A DNA stretch of 64,000 nt from Glycera tridactyla (lineage: Eukaryota): assembly GCA_965644265.1 (NCBI GenBank), contig OZ286463.1:38440001-38504000 (forward strand), given 5' to 3'. Position 1 is the stretch's first letter, and the number at the start of each line of letters is the position of its first letter. The notes beneath the pieces are model-generated. The model was not told the DNA's origin. It was given only the letters and a program-made list of their open reading frames with translations, and made no database searches. Positions 1 to 13,582 of the stretch are shown in pieces. The translations under genes were made by a program, and so were the position numbers.

Positions 1-739
1 ATCCTTCTATATAGGTCGGTGGGCCATTTCAATGCCTCATATGGGGGGGGGGGCCTCCATTCTGGAAATGTCTGACCACACATCAGTCATTCACCTTCGA
101 TAAGCATGCTACAGCTGAACTTTTTCATCATGTATGCTTTCAGGCAATGTCACTGTCCTTGCTGGTCCTATATCAAATTCAGGACCATGACACGTTATTG
201 GCGTTGTTAATCTGCACTCAGAATAAGTCACTATGCCAGGTTGTGTATACTCTGCAAGCTGGTCGCAATCGACTCACAGCGATAGATATTGCAACATCCA
301 AGTGATCAATGATTTGCATGAATACTGCTCGAGAGAATCACTTGTTTTCCATTTCCGAGTTAGATCCACATTGATATACCCCGTGTTGCCGAGGGCCTTG
401 ATTGAATATCAAAAATCTACTTTCTGACAAATATTCGGCTGGCTGATGGTTCTGATATAAACAGGTCTGATGGGGGGGGGGGGGGGGGGGGTTAACCCCC
501 TGATTTTGTTGATATATAAACCGGCTATGCTGGTGTCATTGCTGGATATATCGAATCGGGTGTGTGCAGATACACAGAGGCACTGAAGTAATAAAACAAA
601 CATTTCATCTTTTCCTACTTATGATGAAGATGGAGATAAAGTAGTGATCCATTACATAACTCCAGACATGATATGACTCGGTTTTGCTTTGCTGGCTGTG
701 GAATGAAACGTGACAATGAGAAGGTCTCGAGTTGATGGC

Positions 740-860
740 TTACTGCCATCAGCCCTTCCCACCATAATTTGCACCGGTGATTTTTAGCTGAAACAGCGTA
801 CCGATGGGATATCTCCAATAATGACATTTCTCCCAGGAGGGGTACTATACACACACCTCA
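740..860 (+). mobile_element. Degenerate LINE AP-endonuclease fragment
   Basis: 758-787 reads PTIICTGDF*, resembling the APE iilGDFN motif; the flanks are too decayed to extend the call. Confidence 0.35.
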
Positions 861-3639
861 TATTGTTGCAATCATTACGCTGCCATTTCACTCTCACAAA
901 GTAAACACATATAAATAGGCAAACAGATAAATTACTGCAGTCATCAGCAAATTAGTCAGGATTACTCATTTGTGGGGCCACGTGTGGGTAAGGTAGATAT
1001 TCGTCTAGCTCTCTCATTATATTTTGGCTGATCCTCGATCTCACTTCGAACAAGCGCTCAAGAATTTTCCCGGCTTGAGAACAGCTCGGAACAGTGATGA
1101 CATTCACCAGGGCGAATGTTCTCACGAACAAGAGCCATTAAGTGCATCAGGGAGATAATCACCCACTAAACGGGACGCCACACGACATCTGTACATCATG
1201 CTGATGACGTAACATAAACTCTAATGTTTCTCACCGCCATATGATATGTGTCCTACCTTACTCATAGAATGGGGAATCACGGTATATGAAAAGTCCCACC
1301 ATTTGCATGACCGATGAATTGGCGATGCAATACTCAAGATAATGTGAGACATAACTCACGATGCATAACTCAGGAAGTCTGATTACATGTCTCCGTCAGA
1401 TTAATCTGCCAACCACCAGCCAGCATGTTGCACTTATCAATCCATGCCTGTGCTTCATATTCAAGAAACCTGATAACCAATCGCTTTCCGCTGTGTGACT
1501 CACTCTAATGAGGATTGAACTGTATTCAGACGAGCACGCCGATTCATTACTTCAAAGACGAACAATCACTTTCATGGCGGAATTCTGACAGGCAAAAGTT
1601 GTGCTTAGGAATATTCCCGAAACGAAGTTGACATGCTATAGAAGAGAAACAATTGCTGTATGAGATTGGAGGTATCTGACGCATAAATGAATGATGAGTG
1701 AGGTCTTCACCATCTAACGGGCAAACATCCTATACTATCATCATCAAATCTGACTTTCGCAACCATCTGAGCGCTGACATGAACAAATCAATGATCTGTG
1801 TTGAACTATGTGGTACCTGTATCGGGTCCGATGTGTCAAGACAATTCTATCAATTGCGGATATTGGAGAAACCTACTGAACATCGCCAACAAAACAGTTC
1901 AGCTCTTGTGAACAGTGTCGAAGCTCATACAAAGTCCCCCCATAGTTGCATGATTAGGGCCAGGAACTTCAAATGGGATACGTTTTTTTTAGTCAATCTC
2001 GATGCATCCATGTCTATACCTCAGAAAAATCATATGAGGACGTTTTTTCTAGGCTTATTTCAACGAAGAGTGATTTTGCTGGTGGTGTGCGTATGAATAC
2101 AATAGAGATATGCCCCACCACTTCATACTCCTTGGAAAACATTGAAGCCATATTATTTGATGAGGAGATGTGGTGGTCTTCATGTGTAATATGACCTTCC
2201 TTAGTTCCAAACGCCGAAAATGAGCCCGTCCCTCAACTGAGATATGCAAGTTTCATTCAATTTGAGTGGAGACTGATCGAAAGTTCTCAAATTCTCGAGT
2301 GTCCGCCTGGTGCCTTTGTCCCCACTCCCTTGACCTAGTTGAGTTGAATATATCAGTACGTTTTGTTTGACATCCACAACCTCCTTATTCATTCTTCTCA
2401 CATTCCAGGATGATGTCATCACACTCAAAAACCTCATGATAGACATGGCACATGTGCTCCATCGGTCCAATATTGAAAGAAAGATAATCATTGTATGCCC
2501 TTTGCCAGCTACCAGCTCTGGGATGATAGGCATGAGAAGAGTAGAATGATAGACACGAGGAGAGTGTGGTGTCAGGCACGAGGAAAGACTGATGAGAGGT
2601 AGGGGAAGAGTGAGAAGTCAGACATGTAGAAGGTGCGATTTCCAGCAGGATGAGTTTGTGATGTCAGGCGTGAGGATGGGATGGTGAAAATGATGGGAGG
2701 GGAAGATAGATGTCAGGCATGAAGAGAGTGAAAAAGTGTTTGGGAGAGTGTGTTCTCATGTATGGTGGGAGTGCGATCTCAAGTGAGGAAAGCATGATAA
2801 AAATGATAGCCCTGCTAATGTATATAACTGACATATGTACTTGCCTTCACACACATACTTTTTATCATTATATTACTCCAAACGATTTACTGGAGATGGA
2901 TACTGTATTTTTTGAGTATCTATTTGTATTATTTCGTTTCAAACTAAAGTTATTTACATCTACATTTACAGTGTTCCTTCGCAAAACAATGAATGGTATG
3001 GGTCTTTCAGCAATTGGACTGAAATTCGGATCTCTTGATACGCTGTCATATGATGGATAATACAGGTGAACCGGCTTGATAGATTTGTTGCCACCGTGGT
3101 TTCTACATAATTGATTGCCTATCTGGTATTTTGGACACTTTCCAGACCGGATTTTTGCAGTGAATGTGCGATGCCTTTCCACGTTGCCATGAATAAGGCA
3201 AGCAATTTCTACATCAAACGCACTGGGAACGCTAGAAAATAGGTTATTGGTCGCAGCTAACTCAGTCATTCACCCAGTGCATGTGCCTTGCCTGTCACTT
3301 TGGGAAACTTATTCTAATCTACTCACTGCCCATTTCAAGTGACCAAATCAGTTAGATTTCTCATGATATCATTCATTCACGTATTTTGTATTCTTGTTTT
3401 TCGTATGATCTTCTGGGACCTCTGATCGGAGGGCAAGTTTGCACTGGAAGGCCACAACGTAGGGACACACTTACTATAGATACATACGACGGAAGCCTTT
3501 TGACCATCTAGGCAACTGTATTGATTTCTGGCAGCATATCTACTCACACCACGCTCTGAATAATTTACGCGGTGTCGGTGTGCTACAATTTATATACTGT
3601 TTTATTCACTAATACACTCGAGAATGGTCTACTTCATAC

Positions 3640-3870
3640 GACGATCATGTGTAGACCTATTGGGACTGCATAGAACAGCAAATCATTGTGAGCGAGATGG
3701 GAGTTAAAGATAGACATAACTGATCGGACATACTTAGCTGGTTGAATAGATTTTTGTTCGGAATACTACTTCGATCGAATCTCAAAAGGCCTTGGTATAT
3801 CAAATATTGTCTCCATCAACTGTCGATCACTTGGCCCTTAGCCGAATTTCTGTCGATGGATAATTTGATG
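3640..3870 (-). mobile_element. Degenerate LINE reverse-transcriptase core fragment
   Basis: The minus strand gives YTKAF*DS (DxSKAFD-like), followed at plausible spacing by IFNSHL...YAVPIG (GVPQG-like), with frameshifts. Confidence 0.45.
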
Positions 3871-4849
3871 AATTCAATATTCTAATATGGAAATGAATGT
3901 CAGTTCGATTTCTGATCACGAGGATGACACACAAAATTATGAATGGTTTTTCGTAAAGTCAATTCCCTGCATTGATAGTGTATGGTCTAGAAAATGCAGA
4001 GCGTTTTTAATAATACGTTCAGGGCACAACCTTCGAATGCCTTGAATGTGCCGCGCTATCTGACGAAGATGGAAGGTGAATCTATTGGCTCAGTATTACT
4101 GGTTGATTGATCGATTAGTTGACTGTTTTGATTGATTGATCTCTACCTCAGCCCAGTTACACTGCCAGTGCCAGGAGTATTCAGTTCTTCTCAGTGCTAC
4201 TGTTATAACTATTCTTGAGTAATAGGCCTGATGATGACACAAAATCCTATACCGTTAATTGGATTTTAAGCCCTCCTCACTTGTACTTGCACGTACATGT
4301 GTGTATGCCCAGGAGTGGTACTCATGTGGCTGGGTTGTGATCACTGCTGACCCATGATCATTGTTTTAAGACCCAAGATACGCACTCACACTATCCCACA
4401 GCCTCTGTTGTGACATGTCTGTGCCCATTCTGGTTTGGATGAATGGATGCTGCATACAGGCTAACTTGTCTCAAGATATGGATTTTTGTATGGTTTAATA
4501 CCTATAGCAACGAGTCATGCCACATGTCTCATCAAATACAGTCACATACTGCATCTGATCAACCTGTGATTAGCTGCGTGTTTTTGACATCTGCTATCTG
4601 TCATGAAGAGCATACCCCTGGCTGAAAGACACTTGGCTGGACGTTGGAGTAACAAGACTATGCACAGTTTGAAGAGCCACCCCCTGTCGAGTGGTCTCTG
4701 ATAAAGGACTGTGTGCTGCTAGAACAATCAATGGTATTACACTTGTATTCTTTTTTCCTTTGAAGACTGAGGTCATCCAATTGTTAAACTAGACGCAATC
4801 GCTGTCACGCGGCACCACCACTCCCAAGTCTTGGCGGCTATAAAAATAG

Positions 4850-5300
4850 CAACATTTATTATGTTGCTGTGTAGATGGCTCAGAGAGACAAAATAACAGA
4901 CTACATATACAGGATGAAGGAGCTGCACATGAGACGAATAATGGGAGGGCACACCACTCACTGTAAGCAGAGGTCGTCCATTTTGCAGCAACAACTGCTG
5001 AGGAGAAGAGGTTTGTTGATCTGGGGGTTCAGGTCATAGAAATTGGCGGCGTGGGTGTCGGCGCTGACCGAATATAGTGGGTGTAGTACATTAAGGGTTT
5101 CATATATCCCAAAGTTCTGCTTCTGCGTGCTACCTGCTATTACTTGGCAAACTCATGTTTACTTGAAATTCACTCGACGTACCACGCCGGCAATATGAGA
5201 AAGCACAGATCACGAGGTTATGAGTTCTTATGTGCTAGGCATTAATGAAATCTCAGACTTCAACTTCAAGCTCGGATTTCACTCTCTCGCTACCATTCAC
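4850..5300 (+). mobile_element. CR1-type LINE RT C-terminal fragment
   Basis: EEKRFVDLGV resembles the CR1 EeKDLGV motif; a downstream stretch resembles the TRGH tail. Confidence 0.4.
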
Positions 5301-5699
5301 CATATCTTGCAAGTGAGCTTAGTTGTCACAATCCATATATCCTGGCGGATTGCAACCTGTTCGATATCGATTAATCTTCAAACACTGATGAGCCTCCCCG
5401 AACCATACAAGAAAAATACGAGAGAGTGAGAAGGGGGGGGGGGGGGGGAAGAAAGCGAAGGAGAGAGACAGACATGCAGACATACAGAGACAGATATGGA
5501 GGTGGGGACAGAGACTTGGATCCGTGGAATTCGGTCGGTCATCACAAAAAAGACAAGCTAGCGGTACGTTTCCGATGTAATGCTGATCGGCAGGGGTGGC
5601 CACACTATTTGTATACATTAATGTGTTGGATTTATCGCAATTTGACATCAAAGAAACCCCCCCCCCCCATTACCAATTATATCAGACAACATTCTTTCC

Positions 5700-6260
5700 T
5701 CCCATAGGAATGTGGAGTCACGCCTATCAGCTCTTTGCTCATATGCCACCTGGTCGAATCCTGACATATAATAGCAAGGCCTTTGATCGAGCCTCTTCTC
5801 TACCGGGCGATTCAACAATATGCTCGAATTCCATCGATTTGCACCTACATGGAGGAGTTCTCGGTACTCATAGCGAGCATGGCATGGATAGGCTTTCAGA
5901 TCATAAGTCACATGAGGAACGGTGTGCCAGCCTTGGTCCCGGCTCAGGGATGGTTTGGATAGCATGACATGGATGGATTCCGCTTCCCCGCCCCTGAAAA
6001 ACCCTATTCATCATGATATAGCACCTCAGGAGCTGATGTGTCGTTGAACCACAGCAGGAAAGGTTTATTTTCGTTAGATGCGAGTCATTCTAAGCTCAAC
6101 ACATGCTTTGGACATTAGAAAGACATTCCGAAGGTGTAGAGACTGTTCACAGGATGGTGAGATACATTGTCAAGCAAAGTGAAACTTCCAAGCTCGGGCT
6201 CGTGACCAGAGATATGAGTGTGTTCGACATAGCTAGGTCAGAGTAATCATTCTTCAGCTG
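5700..6260 (+). mobile_element. CR1-type LINE RT remnant
   Basis: YNSKAFDR (in ORF 5596-5967), a collapsed GGTGTGCCAGCCTTGGTCCC (GVP..LGP) and a downstream DIPKV*RLFTG...KLG segment (LEkVQRrfT...kLGL-like) occur in the correct order. Confidence 0.6.
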
Positions 6261-6498
6261 CGCATAATCCAGGCCAACAAGCAATTACTCACGTACTCGG
6301 AAGTACCAGGCTCATCCAACCACAGTCAGCCCAATCTGGTCTGAGATCCGGCCAGACCCACAGGGTCAGTTAGACGTTCAGGTGAGACCCAAGAGATTTT
6401 GATCCACATCATACAGGCAGGCAATGATAGATCTAGTGCGATCTGTGGATAAGACCCATCCAATCGCCAACAAACATCACCTGGTGGTTAGTTGATTA

Positions 6499-7368
6499 CA
6501 ATCGAACCTGGTCTGCAATGCACCTCTACTCAGCATGACCCTCTCCTAAGCATGCAATTTCAATTCCCCCATCATATTTTCACTCCATTCGACCTGTACT
6601 AGACAGAAACCTGCCTTAGAAGGGCGGCATGCACTTTTTGAGCCTCCCTCCATGAGCACAGCCCTCTTCTAAACATGCACCTACATCTAACCCGGGGGTA
6701 TGTTTGGCCAATGATTGCAATCAGTCAACAGACTGTCATTGTTTTAAGCCACTCAACTGCATTCCCTTGACACTGCCAAAGTTATCCTATGAACGAACAT
6801 CACCCCATCACTATTTCCCTACACACAAATTTAGACCAGGAGCCAGTCTTTCATGTAATCTTCACTTTGATGCACATTGTTTGAATTGGATACAAAATGG
6901 CAATGGTGAGTCCGAAGAGGAAATGCCTAACATTAGCAGAGAGGTGCTGAAACTTATGGATTTTGGCAAAAAGACTGCTATCATAGCTAAGCAGTATGGT
7001 GAAAACACAACTTCATTTACTGAAGAAGAGGAAGTATGAAGTGATTGCAGAATATGAACAATCAGCAAATCCTGACAGCAAACGGCAATGCAAACAAACT
7101 GGATTGGAGGATACTAACAGTCTCATATCGACCTGGTTCCAACCTGCAACCATCTTGTGGTGGTTCTGTATCAAACATGTATCTATTATATGAATCAATT
7201 GATCTGCTTCATTGGAAATACACAGACTTCATCCACTCACATTTGTTCACCTTAATTTAGGCTTTTGAAAGGGCGTGCCCGTGAGTGATCCTCCACTGGG
7301 CATGCACCTCTTCTAAGCATGCAGTTTGGCCATTTCCCATGACCACATGCTTAGGACAGGCACGACTG
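6499..7368 (+). mobile_element. Internally deleted pogo/Tigger (Tc1-mariner superfamily) DNA transposon
   Basis: TA flanks at 6497-6498 and 7369-7370; the ends read CAATCGAACCTG and (reverse complement) CAGTCGTGCCTG; the element encloses a transposase N-terminal fragment. Confidence 0.8.
6897..7150 (+). pseudogene. pogo/Tigger transposase N-terminus (CENP-B-type HTH), frameshifted and truncated
   Basis: Across frameshifts it reads MAMVSPKRKCLTLAER/EVLKLMDFGKKTAIIAKQYG/KTQLHLLKKRKYEVIAEYEQSANPDSKRQCKQTGLEDTNSLISTWFQ, matching the KRKxLTLxEK...LxxWF pattern of Tigger/TIGD proteins; there is no DDE domain. Confidence 0.8.
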
Positions 7369-8039
7369 TACTAGTTTATTAGCACAACCTAGTCTATGGA
7401 GACGCCCATGAAATAGGCATGGTTGCGGTCATGCACGACTCCTCCTGGGATCCCAACGGAGGGTTAAAGTCCATGAAACTCGCAGACATTCAAGGTTTCA
7501 TTTGTGGCGAGGCTGTACAGCGTGCCGTGTTTGTGGTGCTGTCTGCAAAGAATAGACGAACTGCAACACTGGTGGGATCATCTTATAGCCACTGTGCATT
7601 CCTAGATCTCAGTGTACCTTTCCTTCCACGAATTCGGCATGCTCCTGGCCAGTAGGCCCAGAGAAAATAGGGGAGGTAGGGTATCTATAACAGATGATGG
7701 GGAGATGGTCAATGGGTGATATGCCAGGGGACCAGTGGCATTAGCAAAATGAAGAAGCAAGTGCCATTGCATCAAGTAGAGTAGAGATCATGGGAGCCTC
7801 GTGGGTCAGCTGGGGATAAAACAGCTTGTCATCTGTGTGAGCAGGAGGTCAAAGATTCAGTTAACATGATACGAGTGTAGAACAAAGCAGGTATCGGGCA
7901 CGAACATGAATCAAACTTCAATTCCGATCAGGTGTTGAGAAGTAGCAGAAGAATGAGGCTCAGTGTCCAGCTCTTCCCCTGTTTGAGCATTGCATTGGAC
8001 AAGCTTTGTGCTTCGGATATACTTTTGGGTAGCCTTCTT

Positions 8040-8230
8040 GAGCTAAATGGGACCATTATTTTTCCGAAGTGGTTTCCTACGTGATGCCTGATATGATTGG
8101 AAACTTTCAAAACTTCGTCTACTGTTTCTTTTGCTGCTGCGGTGGCTCCAAAGTAACTCTCCAGTAAGGGGCGAACAAGTAGCGCTCATAAATTCACATT
8201 ACGGGCAGCCAGAGCAGTGGTCGTATTGAC
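8040..8230 (-). mobile_element. LINE RT C-terminal fragment
   Basis: The minus strand reads L*ALLVRPLLESY...EVLKV, resembling YksLVRPhLEY...LEkVQ. Confidence 0.45.
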
Positions 8231-8370
8231 TATGGGAACAAAAGAATACGCTTGGTGGTACATTCCTTTCTATAAGTATATATTGTATGTGGTTAAAGAA
8301 CATTTCGATTGGTTGTGGTTTGTGAATACGTTTTGTAGATCAGTTTCATTTATTGGCGTGCTCAATATTG

Positions 8371-8433
8371 ACGATTCAACCTGTTCGAGAGACCACGTCT
8401 CTATGAAGGCCACCTGCCTATAGAGGCCACTGT
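8371..8433 (+). mobile_element. Left-end fragment of the pogo-type MITE family
   Basis: A degenerate TIR (ACGATTCAACCTGTTCGAGAGACCAC) is followed by GACCAC/GGCCAC subterminal repeats like those at 37097; there is no right end. Confidence 0.45.
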
Positions 8434-8559
8434 ATTTATAAACTATCCAGTATATTGCCAATGAAGTGCCACTCCTCACACTTGGATTGCTCTTTCTTGA
8501 TATGTTTTTTTTTCTTGATATACCGAGTCATATGTTCGTGCGTGCCCCCACTGCGAATA

Positions 8560-9000
8560 TTTCATCTAAAGTCGATATATCCCACACCACTGGTTGGCTG
8601 GCAACTGGCGAGCCTCCATCGACTAGAAATATATGACCTGAAGTATATTTTCTTATTTCAATTCCCTGACAGGCGAATCGACTTTCTGTGTATACAATGT
8701 AAAAGGTGATTTTACCTACCGACTATGCCTACCTGTTTCCTCAACTCAACGCAGGCAATATACAAACACTTTCTCTTAAGCACTTTACATCATTGCTACT
8801 GCGGAATCTACATGATCAGGTGCATTTCTGAGAGCGCTTTTGTGAATACGATTGCGTGGATGCTGTAAGAGTAATTTGCAAGGCGTGGGTCGTCTTCAAA
8901 AGCACGGCGAGTGCCTGAAACTAAGTTCGGGGATCGCTGAATCAACCTATGCGGTACATTCGCGCCATTCAAACCCAGATCATACAAAAAATGGCGAAGT
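8560..9000 (+). mobile_element. L2/CR1-type LINE RT C-terminal fragment
   Basis: GCCKSNLQGVGRLQ resembles the vWg.c.ktnl.kLqrLQ region of L2 ORF2. Confidence 0.4.
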
Positions 9001-9659
9001 ACCCGCCACATTTGGATTTGACAGAGTTACTCCTACTGCACGATTCAGCTATCATTATCAAAGAATATTTACTCTCTCGAAACAATGGATGAGCGCCCAG
9101 GACGCAATTGCAAACTTGGGGAATCAGGACATCGTAGAATATGATGGGCCATTCGTCTGATATCAAGTTGCAACGGGGCGTGGTAGAAGGTACAAGCATC
9201 ATCATCAAAGCCGAGGTTTTGCACGATGTTCGTGATGGCATTGGTACGAGAACAACAATGAAAAACGGCATGACGACAGCGGCAACAATAGCACACCTAC
9301 ACCACTGAGTACGATTTTCGCTGTTACTATATTCGAAGTATGGATGACGAGAGAATCGACCTTACGAATAAGTGCTACACTCTGACATGTCTAAGAGTAT
9401 TTTTACCGTACCGCTATTCACTGCTCACCGCAAGGCAGGAATACATCCCTATTTAACTCGTATCTGATTTGTGTGGTTCCGGACATTCAAAGTGAGACGG
9501 ATATTTGCATTTCGAACCAGGCAACAATGTGGAAGATGGTGACACATTTGCGTGTTCTTATTTTTATAATTAACTTAGATGGTTTAGTAGGGATATGCTA
9601 GCAATTGTGGCAGCTGATGAGCATCGCCCTGTCTACTCTCTGCCTCCCCCCCCCAAATT

Positions 9660-10230
9660 GTAGGCCATGAAAATGGCGACGAACATGGTGGCAATGACGG
9701 TGACCGTGACCATGAAGATGGCGACGGTGGTAGCAGTGGTAGCGGTGCTGGTGATGGTTGTGGTTTTTGGCGGTGATGCCAGTGATGGCTACATGGAGAT
9801 GTTGGCCACAATCTTGGCTGCCCCTTCATCATCGCGATTGCCATCATATTATCATGGTCATCATAGTCATCATGGTTGTGGTCTTCATGGTCGTGGTCTT
9901 AATGGTCTTCACGGTCATCACGGTCGTTGTCATCAGTGTTGGGGTCATTATGGTTTTGGTCTTCATGGTCATCATGGTGATGTGATGATCATCATGGTCT
10001 TCATGGTGATGGTCATCATGGCTGTAGTGATCATGGTCTTAATGGTTATGGTCAGCATGGCCCTTGCTTGCTTGCCTGCTTTCTTCCTTCCACCCTTTCT
10101 TCCCCCCTCCCCCATTTCTCCCTTCCAACCTTCCTTTCTTCTTTCCATACTTTGTTCCTTTCGCCATTTCTCCACCTTATCGTCTCCTTCTCTTTCTCCT
10201 TCTCTTTCTTCATTCCCCGTGTCTTCATCA
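9660..10230. repeat. Low-complexity tract: GGT/GAT-rich, then 9-bp CATGGTCWT-type minisatellite, then pyrimidine-rich
   Basis: Repeated catggtcat/catggtctt units are visible at 9850-10060, followed by a CT-rich tract. Confidence 0.85.
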
Positions 10231-11899
10231 CTGAGTCATCATTTTCCGAAGGTTCAGTCACCGTTCTCAAACATGGTTGTTGTTGGTGTTGAAATCTTCA
10301 TCAAACTCTGGAGCAGAAGATCTCCAAAGACTATATTTTCCTGTTAGGAGTACAAAACCCCCATAAAGTACATGCAAAATGAGAAGAAAAACAGGTATAT
10401 ACATGAGTCGACAGTAGCAGGGTATAGGGAAATGTTGCAATAATAAATGACAATGAGGTACTATAGCTGTATAGAAGTATGTGATTATCTATGAGTCGGG
10501 TTTCATCATGTAAACCATCAGATTCAGAAACAAGTTGCAGCGACTGCGGTACATTATCAAAATTGGCAGGTATGATATAACAAGCAGACTTTTAATTTGG
10601 TATCTGACTTCGGTCATTTACCATCCTCTCTTGAACAGCTCTTGAACATTTATCGTTTCCTCCAGCCACACTTACAATCTCCCGCTACACGTTTTCCCAC
10701 GCTAATTACAAAACGAATACCTCACCTATGCATCTTCAAACCTTGACGATTTATGTACGTTTAAAAAATGATATGGTTGCCGATGGACAATGCACAGCAA
10801 ACGAAAATCGACAGGGGTTGTTTGTAAGACAACGCAGTGATCACAGTTCATTTTATCTGTAGAATTCATGAAATTGCCTTGGCTCTGGGAGGTGGATGAC
10901 ATCGATATGCATCTATCACGAGTAGATAATATGAGGAAAGTCGGGTTTTACTCTAGTAAAATTTGGGTCTAATGTATAGCGAAAGACAGATTACATTGAG
11001 ACGACAAGATGGGACATCAATTCATTTGAAATAAATTCACAATGAATAGCCGCTTCCTCAGCATCAAAAGACGATCAATACATCTACACGGCAGCACGAT
11101 ACGGGGATGGCTGTTCACACTGCACAAATGAGTCGGATGCAAAAAGGGCCTGCTATTAAAAGCATTGAAGTGCTGAGGAAACAGTCCTACATCAATCTAT
11201 ATTGGAGGGAATCTGTATTCACCACAGTGATAAGTGCAGTTTGTATCGAACTGTACATCAATGTTATATATGTGCCTGATATCACTGGTAGCAGCAATAC
11301 TTCCTGGCTTTATATTCCTTTATTCGGACCTCAGTCGACAACGATTATCAAAATATAAGTATAATCAAATTCACGAGAGAGCACATGGAATCTTTCGTGA
11401 AGATGTTTCATGTTATTTGGTGAACATCGAGATGGAGATGGTAAACATAGCTCCGCCAGTATCGAATAGACGGCTGTTTGCATATTCCATTGTTAGATGA
11501 TGATGAGGTAATTTAGTTCGATGACATCAAATTTCAATCATCACAAATATGACAATAAAGGAACACATTATCATAAACAATAGGCTCGTTCGATCATGAA
11601 TTAGTACGCGAACCAATCAGAAATTCTGAACCTAATGAACACATAAAATTATTCGTTGGGGGGGGGGGAGAATACCCCGCTGGAGGAGAATAAACAGCAC
11701 TATTCTATCAAAATGTGATCGAAGAAATCGGTGCAAATTGTCTCATTCCATACGAAACGAAATATTTGTTCTAAGGTTGGGTATGTGCATCTGTATGCAG
11801 TTGTGAGAACTGAGCCTTGATGATTAACGTTTTGAGACCTAGACTAGTCACTGTGTAATGACGCTACGCCCGGAGGTATCACCCAAATCCTGTTGTTTT

Positions 11900-12300
11900 C
11901 TGTACTCGAAATAACTTCTCACGAACCTCCGATCACAGCGTTACTTACAGGAGTATGTTCACAGAAGATGTCATGGATGGATTCAAAACCTGCAGAATGT
12001 TTGTGATGTCCAGCTGTGTGTATCATGCTGCGCAATACTAATGTGCACATGTACATTTTGTTGATGCTGAGGATACTCTATTCGATTGCATAAAGATGCC
12101 AATCAAATAAATCATTGATGTGATGTTCATCAAGTTCTATGAAGCCATACATGAATGCAGGCAAAATGCTCAAGTATTTGATATCTTTAATAAGCCTGAT
12201 GTGTGGGAGAGTCAGGTTTTCAGATGTATCCACAGCAGGTGTTTCGACGATGACCAATCATTTGATGAACATGGCTGGAAGACATGAATTCCTCGGTTGA
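11900..12300 (-). mobile_element. LINE RT C-terminal fragment
   Basis: The minus strand reads IKDIKYLSI... (KYLGV-like), followed by a decayed post-RT region. Confidence 0.4.
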
Positions 12301-12926
12301 CGAATCCATTCCATTGCAAGACCGCAGTAGTCCGTCCAATTCATCTCCTTAGGCCTGATATCTAACAAGCCAAATGTCAAAATATATTAGTTAGCATACA
12401 AGAACATGTCCCGATGATAGGCTTGTGTCAGTCGGCTTATATCGGCAGACATCTGCCCTTTGACCACGCGCTGTCATTGACGTTATCTAGAAATGAAGCT
12501 GAGTGGTGCTTGGCAGGTAGCCATCATCGCGTCGATCAGGTGGTCGCCAACCAAGGTAGCACTCCATCTATATGCATGCAGGATATCATCTGGCCAGGCA
12601 CGTCTGACTCTTGTATGATCTGGCCTCTATCATATATGAGAAAATGAAGAAATAAATATGATATGAAGGTCCCCTAGAGCTGGAATTGAATGAATATCGT
12701 CATCCACATGGTACAAACCAACTTTGAAGAGAAACATTTGTTGCAATGCAATGCATCACTGGCTAATTCCTGTAAAGGCTACACGAGCCAGGAATAACAT
12801 ATTCGGACCTCACCGCTATCGTAATCGTCAGCCTCCTCCTCCTCCTCCTCCTGCCCCCGCTCCTGCTCCTCCTCCTCCCCACATACATTATTATCATTTT
12901 TATTATTATTATTGTTATTATTATTA

Positions 12927-13103
12927 CAGTCTAATCTGTCCTAGGCAGCCACTGTACTAAGGAGCCACCTGCCCTAAGCAGCCACTTTTGAATTCCCCAT
13001 CGGGGTCTTTTCCACTATAACTAACCTACTCTAAGCAGCCATCTGCCCTAAGTAGCCACTTTTTGCCTTCCCGAAGGGTGGCTTCTTAGGACAGGTTTGA
13101 CTG
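12927..13103. mobile_element. 177-bp pogo/Tigger-type MITE
   Basis: TA TSD at 12925-12926 and 13104-13105; the ends read CAGTCTAATCTGTCCTAGGCAGCCAC and (reverse complement) CAGTCAAACCTGTCCTAAGAAGCCAC; internal AGCAGCCAC repeats; it sits in a (TAT)n tract. Confidence 0.9.
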
Positions 13104-13129
13104 TATTATTATTACTGGGTGGTCAGCCA

Positions 13130-13366
13130 NNNNNNNNNNNNNNNNNNNNNNNNNNNNNNNNNNNNNNNNNNNNNNNNNNNNNNNNNNNNNNNNNNNNNNN
13201 NNNNNNNNNNNNNNNNNNNNNNNNNNNNNNNNNNNNNNNNNNNNNNNNNNNNNNNNNNNNNNNNNNNNNNNNNNNNNNNNNNNNNNNNNNNNNNNNNNNN
13301 NNNNNNNNNNNNNNNNNNNNNNNNNNNNNNNNNNNNNNNNNNNNNNNNNNNNNNNNNNNNNNNNNN
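13130..13366. other. Assembly gap (N run)
   Basis: 237 N. Confidence 1.
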
Positions 13367-13487
13367 GTGAACATCAAAGTATGGAGTTGAAAGCAGATGT
13401 ATTCCTCTGTCCCCGTCTTTTGGCGTGACATCTGCTCACTGCTCCGTTGTCACTCAGCGGCCAGTGGGGATATAGAGCTTTTTTCAG

Positions 13488-13582
13488 ACCACCGCCACCA
13501 CCACCACCACCACCACCACCACCACCACCACCACCACCACCACCACCACCACCACCACCACCACCACCAAACCCACCACCAC
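13488..13582. repeat. (CCA)n microsatellite
   Basis: Near-perfect run seen directly. Confidence 0.98.

Noticed and set aside
7825-7900. PHD finger of a LINE ORF1 (CHLCEQEVKD)
   Set aside because: Only the first CxxC is recognisable, which is too little to call.
9667-10347. 226-aa ORF as a membrane or His-rich protein gene
   Set aside because: It is built from simple repeats that are open in several frames and on both strands; no domain motifs. Kept only as a low-interest finding.
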